Below are positions 1-9,131 of a stretch of 64,000 bases of DNA, piece by piece. The DNA is from Candidatus Parcubacteria bacterium. GTDB lineage: Bacteria > Patescibacteriota > Patescibacteriia > Patescibacteriales > BM507. Position numbers and translations under genes: made by a program. The stretch lies in the NCBI GenBank assembly GCA_002869265.1, contig PKTH01000011.1, positions 10,843-74,842 on the forward strand, read 5' to 3'. The notes under the pieces are model-generated. The model ran no database searches. It saw nothing but the letters and a program-made list of their open reading frames with translations, and was not told where the DNA came from. Position 1 is the first letter of the stretch. Each line of letters opens with the position of its first letter.

Positions 1-39
1 TTAATAAGTTTTTAAAATAAAATATCTTATAAACACCCC

Positions 40-687
40 ATGCAAGATATTAAAAAAGATGGGTCTTTTGCGCAAAAGAAAGACTCTAATCTAAATACTG
101 ATCAAAATAAGCATCACGAAATAAAAACAGCTTTTAGTGATTTGAGTACAAGTCGAAGAATATTAGTCGTTTCTTTGGCTTTTTTTAGTATAATTTTATT
201 TTTTTTCTGGGGTGGTAGTACAAAAAAAAGATTAAGTTCTCCTTTAAACCCTGACGTTGACACAGAACCTCTTGTCAGCTTAAATCAATCGGAAAATAAT
301 CTACTAAATGCTGACGAAGATGGAGATGGCTTAACTGACCTAGAAGAAGAGAATTTGTATCAAACTTCTCCTTATCTTGATGATACAGATAGCGATGGTG
401 TTTCAGACGGAGATGAAGTTAAAAATGGAAGTGACCCAAACTGCGCTGAAGGACAAAACTGTTATCAGGAAACAATAGTAAACATTGACAATCAAGACAG
501 TGCAGATCTCGATAATATTGGCTTAAGTGGTGATATCTCAGATGAGGAATTGTCTCAAGCTCTAAGCGGGAAGAGTAGTGTTGAAACGTTGAGAGAAATG
601 CTTTTAGAGGCCGGTATGCAAAAAGAGGTTTTAGATTCGATTTCCGATGAAGATTTATTAAAAAGCTATCAAGAGGTTTTACAATAA
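40..687 (+). CDS. Membrane-anchored acidic protein with thrombospondin type-3-like (Asp-rich, Ca-binding) repeats
   Basis: 215-aa ORF. One hydrophobic segment (ILVVSLAFFSIILFFFWGG). Asp-rich loops DEDGDGLTDLEE and DDTDSDGVSDGDE resemble TSP3 repeats. Ends 15 nt upstream of the giant ORF on the same strand. Confidence 0.6.
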   Translation: MQDIKKDGSFAQKKDSNLNTDQNKHHEIKTAFSDLSTSRRILVVSLAFFSIILFFFWGGSTKKRLSSPLNPDVDTEPLVSLNQSENNLLNADEDGDGLTDLEEENLYQTSPYLDDTDSDGVSDGDEVKNGSDPNCAEGQNCYQETIVNIDNQDSADLDNIGLSGDISDEELSQALSGKSSVETLREMLLEAGMQKEVLDSISDEDLLKSYQEVLQ

Positions 688-702
688 TTTTTATATAAGT
701 AT

Positions 703-3700
703 ATGAAAAATTTATTTTTTCAAAAAAGAATATTTGCCGGGGCGTTGATTGTTCTTACTCTATTCGGATTATTAGCTTTTCAAAAACCAGCCTTTTCTCT
801 CGAGATTTTAGTTAGAGACAACGAGACAATCGTTGGCCAGTACGAACAATCTGCTTATGATAAAGCAGTCCAAGCCATGAAAGAAGCTGCTGACAAACTT
901 GTTGCTGGTCTTAAAACCGCTGGGTCAAAAGCCCTTTCTTCAAGTCTTCGTGCAGCGCTTAATACAATAGCATATGATACAGCCACATACCTTGGATCAG
1001 GCAACAGGGGTCAAAAACCCCTTTTTATTACAGAGGGTTGGGGGGAATATATGAACAATATAGCTGATAATGCAGCGGGATCATTTATTGAAGACTTGGG
1101 ACGTAATCCAGACTTTTTTGGTCAGTTTAATCTATGTGAACCAGACCTCGCTGTTAAATTTAACATAGGTTTGGGGCTAAGGCAGCAATATAGACCTTCA
1201 GAACCGGTTTGTACATTTAGCGAAATGAAAGAAAACTGGGATGAGGAATTATCTAGAGGAGATTTTTTAGAGAGGTTCAGCACCTCCTTTAGCCCAACAA
1301 GTAATGAAGCTATGATTGCTGTTTCACTTCATACGAACATTGTCCAAGATATTAAAGGTAGTACAGAAGCAGCAGAGAAAGACAGGGAAGAAACAGGTGG
1401 GTGGTTAGATGTTAGAAATATTGCTGGAGACAGAGTATCTCCTCCTAGCGAAGCGGAAAGGGAACTGGAAATGGCTATTGAGATGCAGAATGCTCAGCTT
1501 GGTGCCTGGACAGGAGATGCACTTGTTGATGCGTCAAATGTTTTCTTAAATCAGTTGGCCATAACTGCTTTTCAGACAGCAATGCGTAGTTTAGCTGATG
1601 GTGAAAATACTAATTTCACATCTCCATATGATTGGGCAAGTTTAACCGACTTCGAGGCTGGCCCTGCTAGCCAGGGCGTTTCTGGAACTCAGGGTAAATT
1701 AAGTGGAGTTATTCAGCCTAATTTTTCAATTAGGGGTGATTATAATATTCTTTCAGAATTAACAATGTGTCCTGATCCAACAAAAGCTGGACCGACTGAG
1801 TGTGTAATAACCGATAAATTTAATCAGGCAATTTTGAATAAATTAACCCTGGCAGAGGCAGTAAGACAAGGTTACTTAAGCGGAGATCTTGTCTTTGGTT
1901 TCAGAGATGGGGGGGTTGAGCCTAGGTACAACGAAGGGCTTCCGTATAGATCTATGATTATTCTAAGAAAATTTAGGATCATACCCGTAACTTGGGAAAT
2001 AATAGCTCAACATATAACAAAAAATTTCAATAGAGCATATAGTCTTCAAGAACTTATTAATTGTTATGATTCGAATGATGAGTTTGGTGAACCGGCAGAT
2101 ACCCTAAATTGGTGTGAAGGGATGATTGATCCTAGTTGGGTTTTAAAGGCTCCCCTAAACTATTGTGGTCGAGAAGGTCCAGGGCCAAATATAAGGTTTG
2201 AAACTATCACGGGGGAAGGCGATGATAGCAAGGTAAATATTTCAAGGGACGATAAATATTGTGGAGATGAACAAACCTGTATAGATGAAAACAGTGATGG
2301 CTCTTGTAATGTTTATGGATATTGTACGGAAGAAAAAAGAAAGTGGGTTTTTGGTTCTGAGGCTTGTGAGCCAAAATTTAACACTTGTCAAACTTTTAAG
2401 AAAAGTGATGGTTCAACAATTAGCTTCCTAGAAAATACAGTTGATTCATTTAGTTGTTCTCTCGACAATGCTGGCTGTTCAGAATATTTTACACAAGCAG
2501 ATTCAGTTGATCCTTATGACGAAAATACAAATAATGTTTTTTGGAGCACTGCAGTGGGTGATCCACATATAAATCTAGATAGAGACGCTGAAGAATGTTC
2601 AGAGAAAAACGAGGGCTGTACTCAATTAATTAGAACAAAGGAAGGGACAGGTGTAAATATATTACCAAACGCTAGTTTCGAAGATACTGATGTTTCTGGG
2701 AATCTGGTTTACTGGAGTGGGCTTGGGACATTGAGCACAGAGGCTTTTGATGGCTATTCTTCACTAGAACTTTCGCCAGGGTATTCTTCTATCTTAATTC
2801 CAGTTGGGCCTTTTGGGTATTTGGCTGCTGGAGAGGAATTTTCTCTTTCTTTTTACGCAAAAGATTGTACCGATGGGACAATCGTTGGTTTTGATGAGAG
2901 TATTATCCCTGGAGCAGAAATAGCTACAAGCTCAGTCAGTGAGGGTGCTCAGTGGAGAAGATTTGGAGTGTCTCGCTACTATAAACCAGACTATTTTACA
3001 AACGATGTAGAAATATTTTTTGATGTTCCAGCAGGCGGCACCTGTCTCATAGATGCTATAAAACTAGAAAGAGGAGGAGCTTCTACTCAGTATTCAGGTT
3101 ATATGGATGAAGGGATCATTTATGAAAAATTAATTCCAGAATACTTATATGAAGATTGCTATCAGGATGCTTTTGCCACTGTCCCAAACTACGAACTTGA
3201 AGCAAGTCGACCTGCTGAGTGTGATACCTATGCTCGTCTATGTATGCAAGAAGAGGTAGGCTGTAATATGTTTACTTCTCTTAGTGACAATATGCAAGTT
3301 CCTGCGAAAGTGACAGCGCAAGATTATTGTCCTGATGTTTGTGTTGGCTATGATTCATACATTCAAACGAAGACTTCTTTTGATTCAGAGCAAGAACAAT
3401 TATTTATTCCCAATACAGCCGAGTCTTGTAGTGCTAAAAACGCAGGTTGTGACGAATTTACAAACCTTGATAAAACAGAAGAGGGGGGAGAGGCTAGGGA
3501 GTATTATAAAAGTTTAAAACAGTGTATCAAGCCTGGTGATCCTGCAGCAGATTGTGGTGATTACTATACTTGGGAAGGGGCCGAGGCTACTGGTTTTCAA
3601 TTAAAAACCTTTAGCTTGCAAAGAGGAGTTGGGACCACAAGTCCAGCTACAGCTTCCGGTGTCTATAACCCCTTTACCTGCAATGCCCTTATTTATGCGG

Positions 3701-6700
3701 CCAGTTCGACAAGTCCCCTATATAATCCTGATTGTCGAGAATATTATGCAAAAACCGGAGATGTTTATTATCTCCTTAACTCAGAAACCATAACCTGCTC
3801 CGACAATTGTCATCCTTATAGAAGAACAGAAGATAATGTAGTGAAAAATAATGGTGTGAATGTTAACAGCGCTACTTGTTCTTCTTTACCCGGATATTCA
3901 GCAAGCCCCACTACTGTTGGTTGGGATGGGGATAATAACTATTGTGTAGAATGTATAAACGGAGGAGTCTGGAATCCTCAACATAATGCTTGTATTTATA
4001 TGGCAATTCCTAACGAGGGAGAGTCCTGTACGGCTTCTGATGCTGGATGTCGTGAATATGGAGGTAATTACGGAAATAATGTGAGAATTATTCTAAATAA
4101 TGATTTTGAAGGGTCAGTACAAGGCTGGGACTCTGAAGGGTCGACCAACGCAAGTGTTAGTAATGAGTCTTTAAGAATTGGAGAAAACTCTCTTTTTGTC
4201 CAGTCAGCGCCAAACACAATTTCTTACAATGTGGGATACAGGGTGGTAGAGGGGAGTGCTTATGTAATTCGTTTTCTTGCCAAATCAACCACCGATTTGG
4301 TTGACCTAGATATATATTTTGAGAATTCATTGGCTTCGACGACTCATTTTTCTGAAATTTTGCAAGTAAGTCCGGGTGAGTGGGGTATTTATGAAGTTAA
4401 TTTATTATCACTAAACCACAGGGTTGATTTTGCAGAAAAACTTGTTATAGCAGGAAGTGGTGCTGGGGCAACAGATTTTTATATCGATGATATCAAACTG
4501 ACAAATATAAGAGATAAATACTATATCATTAAAAATTCTTGGGCGATGCCAGAGATTAATGGTCGTGATATTTGTAATTGGGATATTTTGGCCGATAGTT
4601 TATATCCACAATATTCCTTGGGTTGTGAACAATACAGCGACAACGATAATAAGGTTTACAGCCTGAGAGATTTCACCAAACTTTGTCAGGAGTCTGCTGT
4701 TGGCTGTGAAATAATGATAGATACTCAGAATTCAGATTCTTATGAAGCTCAGCTCCTACCAGAAGGGGCCATTACCCCAAAGGTCAACGTTCCAGCAGAT
4801 GAATACGTCTATGCTGTTTACAGTGAAGACAAGCTTTGTGAGTCAGCGGATGAGGGTTGTCAGAGAATGGGAAAAGCCTATACATATGAGGGGCAAAAGT
4901 TAACTCAAGATTTCTATATTAAGAATAACCCAGACAAATACGATACAAGTGTTTGTTCAGAATTTGCAGTTGGTTGCGAGGAATGGACAACAAATAACGG
5001 ATCAGCTACATTTAAAGACCCCTATAATCAGGTTTGTGAGTGGAGACAGGAGAGTGGTGGAAGTGCTTGGGCTTGGTTAAAAAAGAAAATAAAGAGATGT
5101 GATATGGAGGCCTTGCCGACGGATCCGGGCTACGGGATAATTGACACGGTAAGTGCAGGAGAAACAACAATATGTTTTGACGACAGTGATTGTTCTGGTG
5201 GAAGGTGTATCGTAGATGAAACAGACTATGATTGTGCGGTTTCTCAATACAAAACGATAGGCTTTGGTGGTGCTGGCAATGCCGTAAAACAGCCAATGTC
5301 AGATGCAGACGGTAATTGGGTAGGAGTTTGTTCAGTTAGTAACTCTGGTTGCTCTGAATACATAGATCCTGTCTCTGATTTTCAATCGAACAAATTGTTT
5401 AATGCCAATTTCTACCAAGATATAGACTCAGATGGTTACGCAGATGGTTGGGATCCAGTGGGGCCAAGCGGTGGTTCGCAAGAGATACTCCTAGAATCCA
5501 ACACTTTGTATGTTATTTCAGTTGAAGGGGATAATACTCTTACCGTGACAGCCCCAATCGTAGCTCCAGCAGCTGTTCCTCCTTCAGCCTTTAGGATTCT
5601 AAATAATTCAAATGAATTTGAACCAAACACTTCTGTGGTCACAGTCACTTCCGCTGACGATGACATAAATAGCGTACGTTTTTATATTGACGGAAGTTAT
5701 ACAGTCAAAGTCGAAATAGCAGATGCTTCTTCTCATCTTTATGGAAATAATAGTGTGGTTTCTGTAAAAAAGGTCTCCATAGATTATCAAAAAGAAGATC
5801 TAGTAGACAGAGAGTCATGTAATGGAACAGTTGATTTCGAGAAGGGTTGCGTTTTATTTAATGAGAGGGTTGTCGATGGTCAAGGCTATGAAGATTTGAG
5901 CTGGGAAGCAGACGAAACAATCCATGATGGTTCGGGAATGTCTCCTTTACCTGGTGGGGCAGGTCTCCAAAATGCAAATGTTCTATTGAAAGTATCTCCG
6001 GATAGAACTTGTGGTTCATGGCTTGCTTGCAGCGACTACGTAACAGATGATGATAATAATGTGGTTTGTCAAGATATAGGTTTGTGTGATGGTCTGGATG
6101 ATAACGGTAATTGTAGTAATTTCCTAGTTGAGGAAGCCGTTCAAAATAGTTATACCCTGCCAGCAAGCATAGATTTCTCTAATATTTCTGGCTACGCCAA
6201 ATATGGCCTTCAAACTCCTCCAGAAGAGGGGATGGAAGGTATATATCCTTTTGGTAAGATGGAGCAAGCCACAGAACTTGCCTTTATGCCAAATGGAGAT
6301 TTTGAAATGAATGCTGACGGCACCATGCCCTTTGGTTGGAACTCTGGACCAGAACTGTGGAGTGAAAATATTTTCAAAGTAGTTGATAACCCAGTAGAAG
6401 CTGAAGGAGAGGGTGTGGATAGGGCTCCAAGTGGACAGAGCTTTTTGCAGGTTGGTGGAAGCACAGCCTATAAAGTTTATTCAGAGTATATTGATGTCAT
6501 AGGCGGTATGGAATATTCCTTAACAGCCTATATGAATACTATAAATCTACCAGATGGTGCAGCTGCTATTTGGTGGGATGAGATTGATTCAAACGGTGCG
6601 TTAACTTTTTTCGATAGACTTTTGGTTTCTTCAGAGTATGGTAATGACTGGGAGAAGTTGACTGGGACTGTGCAGGTAGAAGATGCAACAACTCAAATAA

Positions 6701-8232
6701 AATTGAAAATAGGTGTTACGACTGCTGGAAGTGGAAGTTTCTATGTTGATGATGTAAAAATAAGACCTACTCTAAACTCAAAGCCAGGCACATATGTAGA
6801 TCAAACCTGTAGGCTTTATCCTCAAGATGATTCACTCTCTTGTGAATATATAGAAGACTCAGGAGCCAAGCAAAAAGGTTGGTGGGGTTACTGTTTGGAG
6901 TATGATAGAGCTCCTGGTGACCCGGGCGCTTGTCTGCAGTGGTGGCCAGTGGCGAATATAAAGGGCGATGGCGTTAGCGAGGGCGGCTCAAATTATGAAG
7001 GAAGATATCCGCTATATTACTGTACACAAACTATGGTTGAACCGCTTTATGAATACAGGCATACTTATACATTATACAGGTCTGGTTGTCATACTAATTT
7101 TTTGTGGTGGTCTAGTGGGAATGCTTGTAATGGCCTCGAATGTCCTGATGGTTATATTGAATATAGCCACAAGGGTGACGATTGTAGCGATACTTTTGAT
7201 ATAGAGGAAAGAGTATATTGTTCTTGCCGACCAGATGGCGTGGGATTGGTTGCAGGACTAGAAGACGGTAGTCCTAATAGTTATAGTAACTATCAAGTTT
7301 ATCCATCAAGTGCTAATGATGGCTGGTATATAGCAACCGCAGATCAAACAAACTATAATACCCCAGCAGAAATTACTGCAGCAAATCCAAATTATGAACT
7401 TTTCTGTGGCACGGGTTCAGATCCTTGCTACCTTGAAGGAGAGGTTCGAAAATTAAGATATGGAGACTATATTGATTATTATGCTGGAGATGAAATAATC
7501 CCTGAACCAATGTGTATTAAATTTGCTAAAACCGTTACTGAAACTGGTAAAAATAAATATTGGAGTGGACGTGTTTTTGAAGGATCTGATTTTCAAATAC
7601 CTTGCTATGATGGCTTGATGTCAGCCCCTACTCCGATTTGTACTCAAGACAGCGACTATGCGCCTTTCGGTTCGGCAGTATATCCTGAACCTGTTGAGAA
7701 TCCAGCTCTATGGGATAGTGATGATTATATGACAGGAGTTCAGCCAATGCATTATCAAGACCCAAATACCAATTTAGCAGAACCATATCAAAACAGGATG
7801 GGTAAACTGTATACAGAGGACGACATTAGAAGACTTTTTGCTCAGTCATATGGTGTTTGGGATTGGTCAAGCCCAACAACATTTACTCCGACCAGTACCA
7901 CACCAGGGGAATACATTGTTTCTTATACAGGGCATTGGGAGGCTCCGAAAAATGAATGTACAGGACCTCTAGGACAAAGACCACCAACGCCAACTGACCC
8001 AACTGCTCCACCAATAGATCTGTGTGGGGTGATCCCTCGTGTAGACAGTGATCTTAATGATGCTAACGGAAATGATATTCGAGTTTCGGGAAATACTGGC
8101 GATATTTATGTATCACGAAATGGTTTTGTTGAATTAACCTTTAACACTCTTATGGATAGTGAACAATGGCCATTGGTTTTCTATGCTATAGACTGGGGGG
8201 ATGGTAAATCTACTGTGAAGTCAGGAACGTAA
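703..8232 (+). CDS. Giant exported Cys-rich surface protein (2,509 aa), adhesin-like, function unknown
   Basis: Uninterrupted 7.5-kb ORF with an N-terminal hydrophobic signal/anchor (IFAGALIVLTLFGLLAF). Nine copies of C-x5-G-C-x-x-[YFWIM] (e.g. CSLDNAGCSEYF, CSAKNAGCDEFT, CTASDAGCREYG). Three to four jelly-roll/CBM4_9-like modules open with N-x-x-FE...W. No catalytic motif recognised. Confidence 0.85.
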   Translation: MKNLFFQKRIFAGALIVLTLFGLLAFQKPAFSLEILVRDNETIVGQYEQSAYDKAVQAMKEAADKLVAGLKTAGSKALSSSLRAALNTIAYDTATYLGSGNRGQKPLFITEGWGEYMNNIADNAAGSFIEDLGRNPDFFGQFNLCEPDLAVKFNIGLGLRQQYRPSEPVCTFSEMKENWDEELSRGDFLERFSTSFSPTSNEAMIAVSLHTNIVQDIKGSTEAAEKDREETGGWLDVRNIAGDRVSPPSEAERELEMAIEMQNAQLGAWTGDALVDASNVFLNQLAITAFQTAMRSLADGENTNFTSPYDWASLTDFEAGPASQGVSGTQGKLSGVIQPNFSIRGDYNILSELTMCPDPTKAGPTECVITDKFNQAILNKLTLAEAVRQGYLSGDLVFGFRDGGVEPRYNEGLPYRSMIILRKFRIIPVTWEIIAQHITKNFNRAYSLQELINCYDSNDEFGEPADTLNWCEGMIDPSWVLKAPLNYCGREGPGPNIRFETITGEGDDSKVNISRDDKYCGDEQTCIDENSDGSCNVYGYCTEEKRKWVFGSEACEPKFNTCQTFKKSDGSTISFLENTVDSFSCSLDNAGCSEYFTQADSVDPYDENTNNVFWSTAVGDPHINLDRDAEECSEKNEGCTQLIRTKEGTGVNILPNASFEDTDVSGNLVYWSGLGTLSTEAFDGYSSLELSPGYSSILIPVGPFGYLAAGEEFSLSFYAKDCTDGTIVGFDESIIPGAEIATSSVSEGAQWRRFGVSRYYKPDYFTNDVEIFFDVPAGGTCLIDAIKLERGGASTQYSGYMDEGIIYEKLIPEYLYEDCYQDAFATVPNYELEASRPAECDTYARLCMQEEVGCNMFTSLSDNMQVPAKVTAQDYCPDVCVGYDSYIQTKTSFDSEQEQLFIPNTAESCSAKNAGCDEFTNLDKTEEGGEAREYYKSLKQCIKPGDPAADCGDYYTWEGAEATGFQLKTFSLQRGVGTTSPATASGVYNPFTCNALIYAASSTSPLYNPDCREYYAKTGDVYYLLNSETITCSDNCHPYRRTEDNVVKNNGVNVNSATCSSLPGYSASPTTVGWDGDNNYCVECINGGVWNPQHNACIYMAIPNEGESCTASDAGCREYGGNYGNNVRIILNNDFEGSVQGWDSEGSTNASVSNESLRIGENSLFVQSAPNTISYNVGYRVVEGSAYVIRFLAKSTTDLVDLDIYFENSLASTTHFSEILQVSPGEWGIYEVNLLSLNHRVDFAEKLVIAGSGAGATDFYIDDIKLTNIRDKYYIIKNSWAMPEINGRDICNWDILADSLYPQYSLGCEQYSDNDNKVYSLRDFTKLCQESAVGCEIMIDTQNSDSYEAQLLPEGAITPKVNVPADEYVYAVYSEDKLCESADEGCQRMGKAYTYEGQKLTQDFYIKNNPDKYDTSVCSEFAVGCEEWTTNNGSATFKDPYNQVCEWRQESGGSAWAWLKKKIKRCDMEALPTDPGYGIIDTVSAGETTICFDDSDCSGGRCIVDETDYDCAVSQYKTIGFGGAGNAVKQPMSDADGNWVGVCSVSNSGCSEYIDPVSDFQSNKLFNANFYQDIDSDGYADGWDPVGPSGGSQEILLESNTLYVISVEGDNTLTVTAPIVAPAAVPPSAFRILNNSNEFEPNTSVVTVTSADDDINSVRFYIDGSYTVKVEIADASSHLYGNNSVVSVKKVSIDYQKEDLVDRESCNGTVDFEKGCVLFNERVVDGQGYEDLSWEADETIHDGSGMSPLPGGAGLQNANVLLKVSPDRTCGSWLACSDYVTDDDNNVVCQDIGLCDGLDDNGNCSNFLVEEAVQNSYTLPASIDFSNISGYAKYGLQTPPEEGMEGIYPFGKMEQATELAFMPNGDFEMNADGTMPFGWNSGPELWSENIFKVVDNPVEAEGEGVDRAPSGQSFLQVGGSTAYKVYSEYIDVIGGMEYSLTAYMNTINLPDGAAAIWWDEIDSNGALTFFDRLLVSSEYGNDWEKLTGTVQVEDATTQIKLKIGVTTAGSGSFYVDDVKIRPTLNSKPGTYVDQTCRLYPQDDSLSCEYIEDSGAKQKGWWGYCLEYDRAPGDPGACLQWWPVANIKGDGVSEGGSNYEGRYPLYYCTQTMVEPLYEYRHTYTLYRSGCHTNFLWWSSGNACNGLECPDGYIEYSHKGDDCSDTFDIEERVYCSCRPDGVGLVAGLEDGSPNSYSNYQVYPSSANDGWYIATADQTNYNTPAEITAANPNYELFCGTGSDPCYLEGEVRKLRYGDYIDYYAGDEIIPEPMCIKFAKTVTETGKNKYWSGRVFEGSDFQIPCYDGLMSAPTPICTQDSDYAPFGSAVYPEPVENPALWDSDDYMTGVQPMHYQDPNTNLAEPYQNRMGKLYTEDDIRRLFAQSYGVWDWSSPTTFTPTSTTPGEYIVSYTGHWEAPKNECTGPLGQRPPTPTDPTAPPIDLCGVIPRVDSDLNDANGNDIRVSGNTGDIYVSRNGFVELTFNTLMDSEQWPLVFYAIDWGDGKSTVKSGT

Positions 8233-8502
8233 CTTCGTGATAGACATGATGTAGATAACCCATTTTCAGTCTTTCATTTATTTGATTATTATAATTTATT
8301 ACATGATAGTTATGACAATCCAAACATTGATTGTAACCTAGCTGGTATTCCAAACGCATGTGCAGTTAGGCCCGGTGTAAAGATTAAGGACAATTGGGGT
8401 TGGTGTAGTGATGCTCTTTTGGACACAAGCGATCCAACTAATATCTGTCCTGGTTTTGCTTATGAGATGTTTGATGGCAGGATAATTGTAAAAGAAAAGT
8501 AG
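8233..8502 (+). other. In-frame continuation of the giant ORF after its TAA stop (89 sense codons, then TAG)
   Basis: Same frame as 703..8232. Reads LRDRHDVDNPFSVFHLFDYYNLL...CNLAGIPNACAVRPGVKIKDNWGWCSD...ICPGFAYEMFDGRIIVKEK. Protein-like and Cys-containing, with no usable start codon near its 5' end. Confidence 0.6.
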
Positions 8503-8541
8503 TGATAGTAATAAATAATATTTGTAATTTAAATAAGCAGA

Positions 8542-9126
8542 ATGGCTAACGAACCTGGAAATCAAAATAGATCAGTTGATACAGACGTTTTGAGAAACGA
8601 GAGGATGGCTAATGAAATGAGAGAAAGTAAACAGCAGAAAAAAATAGAAAATCAGCAAGCCCTGAAAGAGGAGCAAGTAGAACAAGGGGAAGTCCAAGCG
8701 GAACCAGTAAATAAAGAGACCGGGCTAGCAACTAAAGGGAAAAAGAAAAAAAGTGTAAGTAAGAGAAAGTTATTGTTAGCAAGGAAACTTGAAAAAAAAA
8801 TTAAAAAAGAAAGATTTGATGGTTTACCTTTTTTTTCAGCAATAATTCTTGCACAAATAAAGGATATTATTGATATTTTGAGCTTGGGCACAGTTGGCAC
8901 GGTTCTTGGTTTCGTTATTGGACCAATGTTAGGGATAATAATGTGGTCGGTTGGAGAATCTAGTATTACGCTCAAGTTAAAAAGAGTGATAATCGTCAAC
9001 GTACTTGAGGATATACCTTTTTTGAATATATTGCCTATATGGACACTGGTGATTATATATATGAAGGTACAACATGACAACAAAGTGAGGCTTTATCAGC
9101 ATCAATTAAAGAGGTTGAGCAAATAG
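8542..9126 (+). CDS. Small membrane protein with Lys/Glu-rich N-terminus (T4SS-like cluster)
   Basis: 194-aa ORF. Charged N-terminal half and hydrophobic C-terminal half with 2-3 predicted TM segments. Ends 5 nt before the VirB6-like gene. Confidence 0.6.
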   Translation: MANEPGNQNRSVDTDVLRNERMANEMRESKQQKKIENQQALKEEQVEQGEVQAEPVNKETGLATKGKKKKSVSKRKLLLARKLEKKIKKERFDGLPFFSAIILAQIKDIIDILSLGTVGTVLGFVIGPMLGIIMWSVGESSITLKLKRVIIVNVLEDIPFLNILPIWTLVIIYMKVQHDNKVRLYQHQLKRLSK

Positions 9127-9131
9127 AATTT

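Noticed and set aside
5012-6464. Five minus-strand ORFs of 60-102 aa (5012-5296, 5436-5666, 5608-5790, 5858-6166, 6210-6464), plus small plus-strand ORFs at 3335-3517 and 6968-7204, all nested in the giant gene.
   Set aside because: They lie antisense or out of frame within a 7.5-kb ORF that has coherent domain structure. They have odd composition (His/Pro/Ser-rich), no SD and no motifs. They are typical shadow ORFs.
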